Shown here one piece after another: positions 28,320 through 38,239 of a DNA stretch of 64,000 nt (positions are counted from its first letter, which is position 1; each line of letters begins with the position of its first letter). The notes beneath the pieces are model-generated. The model did no database searches, was not told the origin of the DNA, and worked only from the letters and a program-made list of their open reading frames with translations. This DNA comes from an uncultured Lachnospiraceae bacterium. Its GTDB lineage: Bacteria; Bacillota; Clostridia; Lachnospirales; Lachnospiraceae. The translations under genes were made by a program, and so were the position numbers. The DNA is taken from the NCBI GenBank assembly GCA_910585205.1, contig CAJUCC010000037.1:680-64679 (forward strand), written 5' to 3'.

Positions 28320-30011
28320 ATGTCGTTAATGTCGAATTTATTTGTAGGGCAGTCAGGGTTACAGACAAGTCAGAACGCTCTTAATACAACAGCTCACAAT
28401 ATGTCCAATGTGGACACTACCGGCTATACCAGACAACAGGTTATGCAGAGCGATATGTTTTACAATACCGTTGCGCGTGACCCCGGTACCATATCTTATA
28501 AACAAATCGGTCAGGGCGTTGTATATTCCAAAGTCAGACAGGTGCGGGATTATTTTCTCGATCAGGCATACCGGAGAGAGTCGGGGCGGAGTGCGTATTA
28601 CAGCACGTCGTATGAGACGATCGCGCAGGTACAGACGCTGCTCGGGGAAATGCATGGCGCAACCTTTAACAATTCCATGGAAAATATCCAGCGTGCGATC
28701 GATGAGCTGGCGAAGACGCCTGCCGATTCGGTTGTGCAGGGACTTGTAATCCAGCGTGCCGCAGCTTTTCTGGAGAGCGCACAGGGCGTATATCAGGGGA
28801 TGTGTGACTATCAGGACAATCTGAATATACAGATTTCCAATGATGTGGATACGATCAATGACTATGCGAAGAAGATATTCAGTCTCAACGAACAGATCGT
28901 AAAAGTGGAAGCGGGCGGCAAAGAGACGGCCAATGACCTGCGCGATGCCAGAAACCAGCTTCTGGACGAACTGGGCGCCATGGGGCGGATTGCATACCGG
29001 GAAGATAACTTCGGCAATGTCACCGTGCAGTTTGAGAGCCACGATCTCGTATCCAGAAATATGGTCTATGAGATCGGTGTGGAACAGGATAACATTACCG
29101 GATTTTATACCCCGTTCTGGAAGTCGGATGCCACATATACGACGGACAGCCAGGGCAAGAAGCATTACAATACAGAGGGCGCGGAAGTATTTAATCTGAA
29201 GCAGACCATTTCCACCGCTGCCAATACGGACATCGGTTCTGTCAAAGCCAAACTGCTGGCGAGAGGTGACAGAAGGGCGAATTATACGGATCTTGAGGAT
29301 AAGACGACTTATAATAAAGAGATTGCCCCGTCGCTGATTATGAATATGCAGGCGGAATTTGACCGGCTGATTCATGCGGTGACAACAAAAATCAACGGCA
29401 TACTGGCCGATGCAGCCGATACCAGTACGGGGTATCTCTGCGAAAAAGTAATGGTGGACGGCAAAGAGACATGGAAACCGATCCAGTTGTTCCAGAAAAA
29501 AGCAACGGACGGCTATACATATGAAACGGACGCTACCGGAAAAAACGGCGAATGGGTATACAATGAAGAAAATTTTGCAGAGCGGGAGTCGCTTTATACG
29601 ACGACCAATATGCTGATAAATCCGGCACTGCTGAAAGAGCCTACCAAACTGAATTTCCGCAGACCGGACGGAAAAGAGGATTATGAGACGGCGGCGAAAC
29701 TGGCCGAAGCATTCCAGACGGATGAGCTGACTTTGAATCCCAATATTTCCACGAAGACGTCATTTTCGGAATTCTATGATGATCTGGTGTCGCAGGTTGC
29801 CGGAACGGGCAACGTGCTTTACAGCATCACGCAGAGCCAGGCGGATACGGTCGAAGCGACATGCTATGCCAGAGAGCAGATCATGGGTGTTTCTTCCGAT
29901 GAAGAAATGACCAATATGGTAAAATTCCAGAATGCGTACAATGCAGCGAGCCGGTATATCAACGTGGTAAACGAGATGCTGGCACATCTGCTGAACAGTC
30001 TGGCAGGGTAA
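28320..30011 (+). CDS. flgK: flagellar hook-associated protein 1 (FlgK), copy 1
   Basis: N-terminus GLQTSQNALNTTAHNMSNVDTTGYTRQ; C-terminus DEEMTNMVKFQNAYNAASRYINVVNEML. These are the axial-protein N and C heptad domains. Confidence 0.9.
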   Translation: MSLMSNLFVGQSGLQTSQNALNTTAHNMSNVDTTGYTRQQVMQSDMFYNTVARDPGTISYKQIGQGVVYSKVRQVRDYFLDQAYRRESGRSAYYSTSYETIAQVQTLLGEMHGATFNNSMENIQRAIDELAKTPADSVVQGLVIQRAAAFLESAQGVYQGMCDYQDNLNIQISNDVDTINDYAKKIFSLNEQIVKVEAGGKETANDLRDARNQLLDELGAMGRIAYREDNFGNVTVQFESHDLVSRNMVYEIGVEQDNITGFYTPFWKSDATYTTDSQGKKHYNTEGAEVFNLKQTISTAANTDIGSVKAKLLARGDRRANYTDLEDKTTYNKEIAPSLIMNMQAEFDRLIHAVTTKINGILADAADTSTGYLCEKVMVDGKETWKPIQLFQKKATDGYTYETDATGKNGEWVYNEENFAERESLYTTTNMLINPALLKEPTKLNFRRPDGKEDYETAAKLAEAFQTDELTLNPNISTKTSFSEFYDDLVSQVAGTGNVLYSITQSQADTVEATCYAREQIMGVSSDEEMTNMVKFQNAYNAASRYINVVNEMLAHLLNSLAG

Positions 30012-30030
30012 CGGGTAAAGGAGGAAGAAC

Positions 30031-31968
30031 ATGCCATCAACATTTTTTGGATTGAATACAGCGTATCTGGGGCTGACTGCAGCCAATGCTTCCATCAATA
30101 CCACAGGCAATAATATATCCAATGTCAATACGGAAGGATACAGCAGGCAGCATACGGTGCAGCAGGCGAGCGAGGCGTTGCGCACATTCACCAGCTATGG
30201 CTGCGCAGGCGCAGGCGTGGATGTACTGGCGATCGAGCGCTATCGAAATGAATATTATGACGTAAAATACTGGGAAAATAACTCCAATGTGGGAGAGTAT
30301 TCCGTAAAGCAGTATTATATGAAACAGATTGAAGACTATTTCAAGGATGAAGGACTGGAACCGGGCGAACTGAAAGGGTTTAATACTCTGTTTGACGAGA
30401 TGTATAAGGCGCTGGCGGATGTGCGGAAAGACTCCGGCACCGACGATCCGCGGCGGGCGTTTCTGGGGACGGCGGAGTCGCTGACCGAATATTTCAATAC
30501 GATGGCGGGCAATTTGCAGAAACTGCAAAAAGACGCCAATTCGGAAATCAAAGTATGCACGGAACGGATCAATGCGCTGGCAAAAGAAATCGTGGTTTTG
30601 AATAAACAGATCAATGTAATCGAAATATCCGGCGGTACGGCCAATGAACTGCGCGATCAACGGGCACTGCTGATCGACGAACTTTCGGAAATCGTGGATG
30701 TGGACACGGAAGAGCAGCTTGTCACTGATCCGCATAATCCGGGCCGTTATACGGGCGCGACACGTTTTATTGTCAAGATAGCGGGCAAACAGACACTTGT
30801 CGACGACCAGATTTCGAATTCTCTGAGCTGCGTGGCCAGAGAGCGGGATGAAAAGGTGAATCAGTCGGATGCGGACGGCCTGTATGATGTATACTGGTCC
30901 AACGGCAATCGTTTCAGCCTGAAAAATGCCAGCCTGGGCGGCAGGATGAAAGCGCTGGCAGAGCTGCGGGACGGCAATAACGGGGAGTATTTCCACGGCA
31001 GTGTGACACAGGCGGACATCAGACGGACGGAAGACGGCGAAAAACACAGTATTGTCACCGTGGAAGTAACGGCGGAATATCTGAAAGACATCAATAAATG
31101 CACGCTGCCGGATAACGGCGGCAAAATTACACTGGGAAGCAAAGAATATTATTTTGACTCCTGGACGATGAATTATGATGCGGATAAGGGGACGTATTCC
31201 TACGATTTCGTATTGAGCACGAAGCCCAAAAATGAAAACACGGACATCGGTGGACTGATCGGTAAAGACGCGGCGATTGGCAGCGGGGTCGAGTATCAGG
31301 GCGTTCCGTATTATATGGAACAGATGAACGAGTGGGCGCGCTGTTATGCCAGAGCATTTAACGCGATTATGACGAAGCCGGGCTCTACGGATAACTATGG
31401 AAACCCAGGACAGAACCTGTTCCGGGCGGATAAGGTGACGGACGACGAGCAGTGGAATTTTGACACCTATGCGGACGGATATACTTCTTACGGGAATCGT
31501 GAACTTGACGGCACTTTTTCCTATTCACTTTCCTGCAGGGATGACAGTTATTATAAGATGACGGCCTTTAATATAGCCGTATCCGATGAAATGCTGCAAG
31601 ACCCCAATAAGATGGCTACCCATACATCCAATGCGGATCTGGAGAGTAAGTATGATATTGTGGATGAATTGATTGACTTAAAGACCAATACCGATAAAAT
31701 GAGTTTCCGGGGCAGCTCTGCCAGCGGTTTCCTGCAGTGTATCCTGTCGGATATTGCCCTCAACGCGCAGCGTGCCAATAATTTCGGAAAAAACTATGAG
31801 GACATCGGAAAGAGCATCGAAACGCAGCGCCTGTCGGTACACGGCGTGGATGAAGACGAAGAAGGCGTAAACCTGATTAAGTACCGCCATGCGTACAATC
31901 TGGCATGTAAAATGGTGCAGACGCTGACGGAAGTTTATGACAGGCTGATTCTGCAGACCGGCGTGTAA
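30031..31968 (+). CDS. flagellar hook-associated protein 1 paralog (FlgK-like), copy 2
   Basis: N-terminus GLNTAYLGLTAANASINTTGNNISNVNTEGYSRQ; C-terminus DEDEEGVNLIKYRHAYNLACKMVQTLTEVYDRL. FlgK-type termini around a different central region. Confidence 0.85.
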   Translation: MPSTFFGLNTAYLGLTAANASINTTGNNISNVNTEGYSRQHTVQQASEALRTFTSYGCAGAGVDVLAIERYRNEYYDVKYWENNSNVGEYSVKQYYMKQIEDYFKDEGLEPGELKGFNTLFDEMYKALADVRKDSGTDDPRRAFLGTAESLTEYFNTMAGNLQKLQKDANSEIKVCTERINALAKEIVVLNKQINVIEISGGTANELRDQRALLIDELSEIVDVDTEEQLVTDPHNPGRYTGATRFIVKIAGKQTLVDDQISNSLSCVARERDEKVNQSDADGLYDVYWSNGNRFSLKNASLGGRMKALAELRDGNNGEYFHGSVTQADIRRTEDGEKHSIVTVEVTAEYLKDINKCTLPDNGGKITLGSKEYYFDSWTMNYDADKGTYSYDFVLSTKPKNENTDIGGLIGKDAAIGSGVEYQGVPYYMEQMNEWARCYARAFNAIMTKPGSTDNYGNPGQNLFRADKVTDDEQWNFDTYADGYTSYGNRELDGTFSYSLSCRDDSYYKMTAFNIAVSDEMLQDPNKMATHTSNADLESKYDIVDELIDLKTNTDKMSFRGSSASGFLQCILSDIALNAQRANNFGKNYEDIGKSIETQRLSVHGVDEDEEGVNLIKYRHAYNLACKMVQTLTEVYDRLILQTGV

Positions 31969-31988
31969 GCGATAAGGGAGGATGAAAC

Positions 31989-33785
31989 ATGCGTATTACC
32001 AATAAAATCATACAGAATAATTCTCTTTCAAATATCAATACAAACAAACTGTTGGAAGATAAATATAATACCCAGATGTCCACCGGCAAAAAGATTATCA
32101 GACCTTCCGACGATCCGGTTATCGCCATTCGTTCTCTGCGTCTGCGCACGACGTATTCCGAGATCACACAGTATCGGGATAAGAACACGGAAGACGCGGA
32201 CAGCTGGCTGACCGTAACGGAAGACGCGATCGATACGGTAATTGATGTTGTCACAAGCATGATTGAGGAATTCAATACCGGTGCCAATAAATACAAACAA
32301 TCGGCGGACAGAAAGACCATTCTGGATAATCTGCGCGAGCTGCGGGACGAAATCTATGCGACCGGTGATGCCGATTATGCGGGCAGAGGTTTGTTCACAG
32401 GCTATCGTACGAGCACAAAGCTGCGTTTCCAGGATACCGATCTGGACCGTACGGCAACGTATCAGATTGTGGAAAAGGTTACGGCAGCGATTTTGGACGA
32501 CATTGTGTATGTCAAGACAAATAACAGCGATGTGGATGCCGACGGCAGGGGTGCCATGGGAAAGGGTGACATCGGGGAGATTAATGAAGGCAATTACAAC
32601 AATCCCGATTACGCTGTGGAAGACACGGATATATTTAAAGAGACTGTCCACAGACTCCGCCTTTCGTATGACAATCTGGATTTCAATACAAAACCGACGA
32701 TTCAGTATTATAACGGCCGTATGGGCGGCCTGCAGAGTATACCGGTTGTGTCCATATCAAAATACGGGGAGATTATAAGCGACGAAGACGGCAATCCGGT
32801 GATGGATACAACACAGACTCCGCCGGTTCCCAAACGGGCAGACCCGTATCTGTATGCACAGTCTGAAGGCGTACTATTGAAAGACGCGGCGGGCAATCCG
32901 ATCCCCGAGCTGGATGAAAACGGCAATCCGGTGACGGATGCCAATGGTAATCCTGTATTCCAGAAGGGGCCGTGTGCCGTATATATCCCCGAAACCGGAG
33001 AGCTGATTCTGAATGACAAAGCTTATGACGTGCTGTCTGCGACACGCGATTATTCTCAGACAAAAGACGTGGATGAGAGCCAGATCTTTATTACGTATAA
33101 CAAGTCGTCCTGGGACAGCGGTGATCTGCGCCCGGAACACTATTTTGCCTGCACGAAAAATCCCGGCCAGCCGGATGAAATTCTGCATAATATCAAAAAG
33201 ACGACAGATGCGGCGGGCAATGAAGTGCTCGATTATGTCGGACCGGAAGACCAGATTATATCGTATGATGTGGGGTTCAATCAGGAACTGCGTGTCAATA
33301 CACTGGCATCCGAAGTTTATACCCACGCGATCGGCAGGGATGTGGAAGATGTGATCGCCACACTGGAACAGGTGCAGGACATCGAGGCCACAATCGCCTC
33401 TCTGACGGATGTGCTGAAAGATTCTTCTCTGACACAGGCGGATAAGGATACGGCGGAAAAGAGCCTGAAAGCAGCAGAAAAGGCGCTGAGCCTTCTGGAA
33501 GATAAGTTGCAGGTTTCCTTTGGAAACGGGATTACAAGGATGAACGCGCACCTGAAGAAATCGACGCTTGCCATGACGGCAGTCGGTACCCGTTCCAGCA
33601 AGCTGGATCTGGTCAAAGACAGACTGTCATCGCAGAAGACCAACTTTAAGGATCTGATTACGGATAACGATCAGGTAGACGAGGCGGAGGCAATGACCAA
33701 CCTGTCACAGGCGAAGCTGGCTTATGACGGCGCGCTGATGGCGACGGCCAAAATCACGGAAAATACGCTGCTGAATTTCATTTAA
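31989..33785 (+). CDS. flgL: flagellar hook-associated protein 3 (FlgL), unusually long
   Basis: N-terminus MRITNKIIQNNSLSNINTNKLLEDKYNTQMSTGKKIIRPSDDPVIAIRSLRLR is flagellin_N-like; C-terminus EAMTNLSQAKLAYDGALMATAKI. Follows flgK. Confidence 0.85.
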   Translation: MRITNKIIQNNSLSNINTNKLLEDKYNTQMSTGKKIIRPSDDPVIAIRSLRLRTTYSEITQYRDKNTEDADSWLTVTEDAIDTVIDVVTSMIEEFNTGANKYKQSADRKTILDNLRELRDEIYATGDADYAGRGLFTGYRTSTKLRFQDTDLDRTATYQIVEKVTAAILDDIVYVKTNNSDVDADGRGAMGKGDIGEINEGNYNNPDYAVEDTDIFKETVHRLRLSYDNLDFNTKPTIQYYNGRMGGLQSIPVVSISKYGEIISDEDGNPVMDTTQTPPVPKRADPYLYAQSEGVLLKDAAGNPIPELDENGNPVTDANGNPVFQKGPCAVYIPETGELILNDKAYDVLSATRDYSQTKDVDESQIFITYNKSSWDSGDLRPEHYFACTKNPGQPDEILHNIKKTTDAAGNEVLDYVGPEDQIISYDVGFNQELRVNTLASEVYTHAIGRDVEDVIATLEQVQDIEATIASLTDVLKDSSLTQADKDTAEKSLKAAEKALSLLEDKLQVSFGNGITRMNAHLKKSTLAMTAVGTRSSKLDLVKDRLSSQKTNFKDLITDNDQVDEAEAMTNLSQAKLAYDGALMATAKITENTLLNFI

Positions 33786-33800
33786 AAGGAGTCGTAGTAT

Positions 33801-34262
33801 ATGAGGATAAATACCAGGATTTTCGGAGAAGTTGAGATCGATGATACGAAGATAATCCGGTTTGCCAATGGTATCATCGGTTTTCCGGAGCTGAAAGAGT
33901 TTTCCCTGATGCACGATGCGGAAAAAGAAGACGGGAGCGGTGTCAAATGGCTGCAGTCCCTGCAGGAAGAAGGGTTTGCCATGCCTGTTATGGACCCTCT
34001 TGTGATTATGCCGGACTATAACCCGCAGGTGGAAGACGAACTGCTGAAACCCATCGGCAGTCTGGATCCGGATCATATGCTTGTACTGGTGACACTGACG
34101 GTTCCTTCCGATATTAAAAAAATGAGTGTGAATCTGCGTGCGCCGATTGTGGTGCACACAGATTCCAGAAAAGCATGTCAGGTGATCGTGGACGATGAAA
34201 AATATCCTGTCAAGTATCCGATCTATGAGATGCTGCAGGCGGCAAAGAAGGCGGGTGAATAA
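33801..34262 (+). CDS. fliW: flagellar assembly factor FliW
   Basis: MRINTRIFGEVEIDDTKIIRFANGIIGFPELKEFSL...NLRAPIVV is the canonical FliW pattern. Confidence 0.9.
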   Translation: MRINTRIFGEVEIDDTKIIRFANGIIGFPELKEFSLMHDAEKEDGSGVKWLQSLQEEGFAMPVMDPLVIMPDYNPQVEDELLKPIGSLDPDHMLVLVTLTVPSDIKKMSVNLRAPIVVHTDSRKACQVIVDDEKYPVKYPIYEMLQAAKKAGE

Positions 34263-34263
34263 T

Positions 34264-34482
34264 ATGCTGGCATTATCCAGAAAGAAAAATGAAGCGCTTG
34301 TTATCAATAACAATATCGAGATTACCGTACTGGAAATTAAAGGCGAGCAGGTGAAGCTGGGTATTTCAGCGCCGAGAGATGTGCCGATCTACAGAAAAGA
34401 AGTATATGTGCAGATTCAGGAGGCAAACAAGGAGGCCGTAAATGCGGACGGACTGAAAAGCCTGAAGGATTTGCTGGGATAA
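34264..34482 (+). CDS. csrA: carbon storage regulator CsrA
   Basis: MLALSRKKNEALVINNNIEITVLEIKGEQVKLGISAPRDVPIYRKEVY. Starts 1 nt after the fliW stop. Confidence 0.95.
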   Translation: MLALSRKKNEALVINNNIEITVLEIKGEQVKLGISAPRDVPIYRKEVYVQIQEANKEAVNADGLKSLKDLLG

Positions 34483-34522
34483 AATTTCATGCATGGATGC
34501 TGGAAAATGTTTATGAATTCTA

Positions 34523-34549
34523 TAAACATTTTCTTTTTTTAGCCGATAT
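34523..34549 (+). promoter_or_regulatory. sigma-D (sigma-28) promoter, exact consensus, upstream of flaG-fliD-fliS
   Basis: TAAA (34523-34526), 15-nt spacer, GCCGATAT (34542-34549). Confidence 0.7.
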
Positions 34550-34607
34550 TAAGTTTAGATCATGCAGATAATTTGTAACCGATATGTATCACACGGAGGT
34601 GATTATT

Positions 34608-35039
34608 ATGAACATTGAGCCAGTAAGCAGTGCAATGACATTTCAGGCACAGACGCAGACACAGAAGCCAGCAGAGAAGGCTGCTCCGGTAGACATGGAT
34701 GTGACCGCGGCCAATATCGAAAAACCTGTGGATGCTAAAACGCTCGTTGTAAAAAATCCCGGCGAGGCAGACAGCCAGGGCGATCAGGGAGCAGGGGCAA
34801 GAGAACAACAGTCACAGCAGTCGCAGGAATCGATTAAAAAGATGGTAGACCAGTTGAACAGAAAGATGAGCAACTCGGAAGCGATATTTGGCATCCATGA
34901 GGATACCAACCGCGTCACCATTAAGATCGTGGACAGGGAAACCAAGGAAGTTATCAAGGAATACCCGCCGGAAAAGACCTTGGATATGATAGCTAAAGTC
35001 TGGGAGATGGCAGGGATTTTAGTAGATGAAAAGCGCTAG
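34608..35039 (+). CDS. flaG: FlaG-family protein
   Basis: GGAGGTG SD before ATG 34608. C-terminus FGIHEDTNRVTIKIVDRETKEVIKEYPPEK is the FlaG signature. Position before fliD. Confidence 0.8.
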   Translation: MNIEPVSSAMTFQAQTQTQKPAEKAAPVDMDVTAANIEKPVDAKTLVVKNPGEADSQGDQGAGAREQQSQQSQESIKKMVDQLNRKMSNSEAIFGIHEDTNRVTIKIVDRETKEVIKEYPPEKTLDMIAKVWEMAGILVDEKR

Positions 35040-35051
35040 GAGGTAGCAGTT

Positions 35052-37223
35052 ATGGCAATGAGAATTTCCGGCATTTCGTCCGGACTGGATACGGACAGCA
35101 TGGTACAGGAGCTTGTCAAGGCATCCAGTAAGAAAAAGGAAGATCTGGAAAAGGCGCAGAAAAAGCTGGAGTGGAAGCAGGAAACTTGGAAAGGCCTGAA
35201 TACCAAGGTGTACAGCTTTTTTAACGATCAGCTGAGTAATCTGAATCTGGAAGGTTCTTTTATCAAGAAAAAGACGACCGTGGCGGACAGCAATATTGCC
35301 AGCGTAATTGCGGGAGACACTGCGATCAACGGAACACAGACGCTGGCCGTTAAGCGTCTGGCCAAGGAAGGCTATCTGACCGGCGGAAAACTGAGCAATG
35401 ACAAGAGCGTGAAAGGCAGCACCAGCCTGTCCAAGCTGACCGGTGATAAGATCGGGGCGACCGATACTTTTTCGATCCGCGTGAAGGTGGGCGGCAAGGA
35501 AAAAACGATTGAGCTGAAGGGAACATCCACGATCGACGATGTTCTGAAGGGCTTGTCGGATGCTGGCGTTACCGCCAGATTTGACGAAACAAATCAGAGA
35601 ATCTTTGTCAACGCGGGCAAAACAGGCAAGGACAATGACTTTACGCTGCTGGCGGGCGACGAGAAGGGCGCGGAAGCGCTGGCCGGTCTGGGACTGCTCA
35701 CAAGCAGTGATCTTTCCGATCCGGAAAATGCGGCGTTTCAGGAGTATTCGTTCTGGGCGCAGGCATACGACGCGGGAGCGGGCGCCATTGATCAGACGAA
35801 ATTCGAAGAACTGGTAAAAGATAAAACCAAAGAAAAAGCAGCTTCCATGCTGAAGGATATGGAAAGCCTGATTAACAGAGTGCAGGAGCTGCGTGAGGAG
35901 CGGAACAAACTCACCGATCCGAACGAACTGGAAAACAATAAAAATCTTGCCGATCCGGTTGTGCGTGAACTGGCTGAGACGGCGAACGTATTAAACGATT
36001 ATTATAAGCGCAGCGTTGATGATCTGAATGCACAGATGATGGCGCAGAAAGATATTATCAATGATACGACAGGAACCTATACGCCCGATCAGATAGCGGA
36101 TGCGCAGGCAAAACTCGAAGAGCTGACAGCGGCGAGTGACGCGGCAAAAGCCAACTGGCAGAAAGCGACACAGGCTTACGCGGTGGCTTCCTCGGCGGCC
36201 GGTTCCATGGGTATTAAAATTCCGGCATCCGACGCACCGGTTACGAAGCTGGAAGACACGGTGGCGAAGGACAGCGAGAACATGGTAAAGGCTTCCGCTG
36301 CAGCGCTCGGCAAGAAGGATACGCTGGCTTCAACGGCAAGCGGCAGCGCAGTGCGGGTACTGGGTTCCGATGCGGTTATCACGCTGAACGGTGCGGAATT
36401 CACATCCGAAAATAACGGTTTCTCCATCAATGGCCTGACCATTACGGCCAATGCGGTCAGCGCCGTTACCGGAAAGGATGCGGACGGGAACGACATCTAT
36501 GCGGAGACGACGATCAGCACGACGGATGACGTTGACGGCATCTATGATATGGTGAAAAACTTTATCAAGCAGTATAATGACTTGATTAAAGAGATGGATA
36601 AGCTGTATAATGCAGATACAGCCAAAGGATACGAGCCGCTTACCGATGAGGAAAAAGACGCACTGTCTGATACGGAAGTGGAAAAGTGGGAGACAAAGAT
36701 CAAAGATTCCCTGCTGCGCCGGGACGGTGATCTGGGGACATTAATCAATACGTTTAAGACTTCCATGCTGAGCAGCTATACGATCAACGGAAAACAGTAC
36801 AGCCTTTCCAGTTTCGGCATCAATACGATGAATTACTTTAAGGCGGCGGAAAATGAGAAAGGCGTATTCCATATCGACGGCGACGAAGATGACAGCACGG
36901 TATCGGGCAATACCAATGCGCTGAAGGCGGCGATTGCCAGTGATCCTGAGGGTGTGACAAAATTCTTCACGCAGTTGGTCGGCGATTTTAAAGGCAAAGT
37001 AAATGAACTGATGCAGCGTACGAATTACCGCAGTATGTATAAGGTATACGATGACAAGCGCATGCAGTCGGAATATGACGATTATAAGTCAAAAATTAAG
37101 ACACAGGAGAAGAAACTGCAGAATTTGGAGGATCGGTATTACAAACAGTTTACAGCGATGGAAAAGGCGATGTCCAAATTAAATTCACAGCAGAGCTATC
37201 TCAGCAGTCTGTTCGGAGGCTGA
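35052..37223 (+). CDS. fliD: flagellar filament capping protein FliD
   Basis: N-terminus RISGISSGLDTDSMVQELVKA...; central VITLNGAEFTSENNGFSINGLTITA; C-terminus FIKQYNDLIKEMDKLY ... FTAMEKAMSKLNSQQSYLSSLF. Confidence 0.9.
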   Translation: MAMRISGISSGLDTDSMVQELVKASSKKKEDLEKAQKKLEWKQETWKGLNTKVYSFFNDQLSNLNLEGSFIKKKTTVADSNIASVIAGDTAINGTQTLAVKRLAKEGYLTGGKLSNDKSVKGSTSLSKLTGDKIGATDTFSIRVKVGGKEKTIELKGTSTIDDVLKGLSDAGVTARFDETNQRIFVNAGKTGKDNDFTLLAGDEKGAEALAGLGLLTSSDLSDPENAAFQEYSFWAQAYDAGAGAIDQTKFEELVKDKTKEKAASMLKDMESLINRVQELREERNKLTDPNELENNKNLADPVVRELAETANVLNDYYKRSVDDLNAQMMAQKDIINDTTGTYTPDQIADAQAKLEELTAASDAAKANWQKATQAYAVASSAAGSMGIKIPASDAPVTKLEDTVAKDSENMVKASAAALGKKDTLASTASGSAVRVLGSDAVITLNGAEFTSENNGFSINGLTITANAVSAVTGKDADGNDIYAETTISTTDDVDGIYDMVKNFIKQYNDLIKEMDKLYNADTAKGYEPLTDEEKDALSDTEVEKWETKIKDSLLRRDGDLGTLINTFKTSMLSSYTINGKQYSLSSFGINTMNYFKAAENEKGVFHIDGDEDDSTVSGNTNALKAAIASDPEGVTKFFTQLVGDFKGKVNELMQRTNYRSMYKVYDDKRMQSEYDDYKSKIKTQEKKLQNLEDRYYKQFTAMEKAMSKLNSQQSYLSSLFGG

Positions 37224-37274
37224 TTCGGAGCAAAACGGTAACGCAGCAAACACGGAACAAGGAGGTACCATGGT

Positions 37275-37658
37275 ATGCCATTGCCAAACGCATATGCCGC
37301 TTATAACAGAAACAAGGTTTTGACAGCATCCCCGGCGGATCTGACGCTGATGCTGTATGACGGCGCAATCAAGTTCTGCAATTTCGCCATTGCGGGGATC
37401 GAGAGTAAGGACGTTGAGAAAGCGCATGTCAATATAATGAAAACCCAGAAGATCATTGAAGAATTTCTGCGCACACTGGACGAGAAATATCCGGTGTATA
37501 AGGATTTCGAAAATGTGTATAATTATCTCATGGACCGGCTGCGTGAAGCCAATGTCCATAAGGATAAGGCGATTCTGGAAGAAGTGCTGACGCATTTACG
37601 AGGCATGCGGGATACCTGGAAAGAGGTCATGAAACAGAACAGTCCGCACGGCTCCTGA
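37275..37658 (+). CDS. fliS: flagellar export chaperone FliS
   Basis: AYNRNKVLTASPADLTLMLYDGAIKFCN...A is the canonical FliS N-terminus. 127 aa. Confidence 0.95.
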   Translation: MPLPNAYAAYNRNKVLTASPADLTLMLYDGAIKFCNFAIAGIESKDVEKAHVNIMKTQKIIEEFLRTLDEKYPVYKDFENVYNYLMDRLREANVHKDKAILEEVLTHLRGMRDTWKEVMKQNSPHGS

Positions 37659-37673
37659 CAGAGAGGGGTAGGA

Positions 37674-38153
37674 ATGGCTGAAATAAAACAATATGTGGAT
37701 ATTCTGCTGGAAAGTCTGGAAAAGAAAAAACGGATCCTACAGCAGATTCTGAAAGAAAATGCAGAGCAGGAAAAAGCGGTTAAAGTAAATGGCAGCATTG
37801 AGGAGTTTGACCGTATTGTGGAAGAGAAGAGCCGTCTCATATTTGAAATGGAAAATCTCGACAGCGGTTTTGACAAAGTGTATGACAGAATCCGAAAGGA
37901 ACTGCCGGATGCACGCGACAGTTATAAGGAAGAAATTGCCCGTATGCAGCGGCTGATTTCGGAGATTACCGATCTGAGCGTCAGCATCCAAACCTCGGAA
38001 CAGCGCAACAAGCAATTTGTGGAAAGCTATTTTTCCTATGCGCGGGGCCAGATTCGGCAGTCCAAGAAAAGTGTCCGTGCAGCAAATGATTATTATAAAA
38101 ATATGCGGCAGATCAATTATATTGATCCGCAGATGATGGACAGTAAAAAATAG
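37674..38153 (+). CDS. FliT/FlgN-like helical protein (putative flagellar chaperone)
   Basis: All-helical, charged, 159 aa, in the position occupied by fliT after fliS in the B. subtilis-type order. No strong motif. Confidence 0.45.
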   Translation: MAEIKQYVDILLESLEKKKRILQQILKENAEQEKAVKVNGSIEEFDRIVEEKSRLIFEMENLDSGFDKVYDRIRKELPDARDSYKEEIARMQRLISEITDLSVSIQTSEQRNKQFVESYFSYARGQIRQSKKSVRAANDYYKNMRQINYIDPQMMDSKK

Positions 38154-38201
38154 AGAAATAAAAAATCAGGTATTCATAAAGTAATATTAGAAATGTTATC
38201 G

Positions 38202-38239
38202 GAAACGGCATAGTGTTGGTTATGCCGTTTCTTTGTTTT
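38202..38239 (+). terminator. intrinsic terminator ending the flaG-fliD-fliS operon
   Basis: GAAACGGCATA (38202-38212) pairs with TATGCCGTTTC (38221-38231) across an 8-nt loop, followed by TTTGTTTT. Confidence 0.75.
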
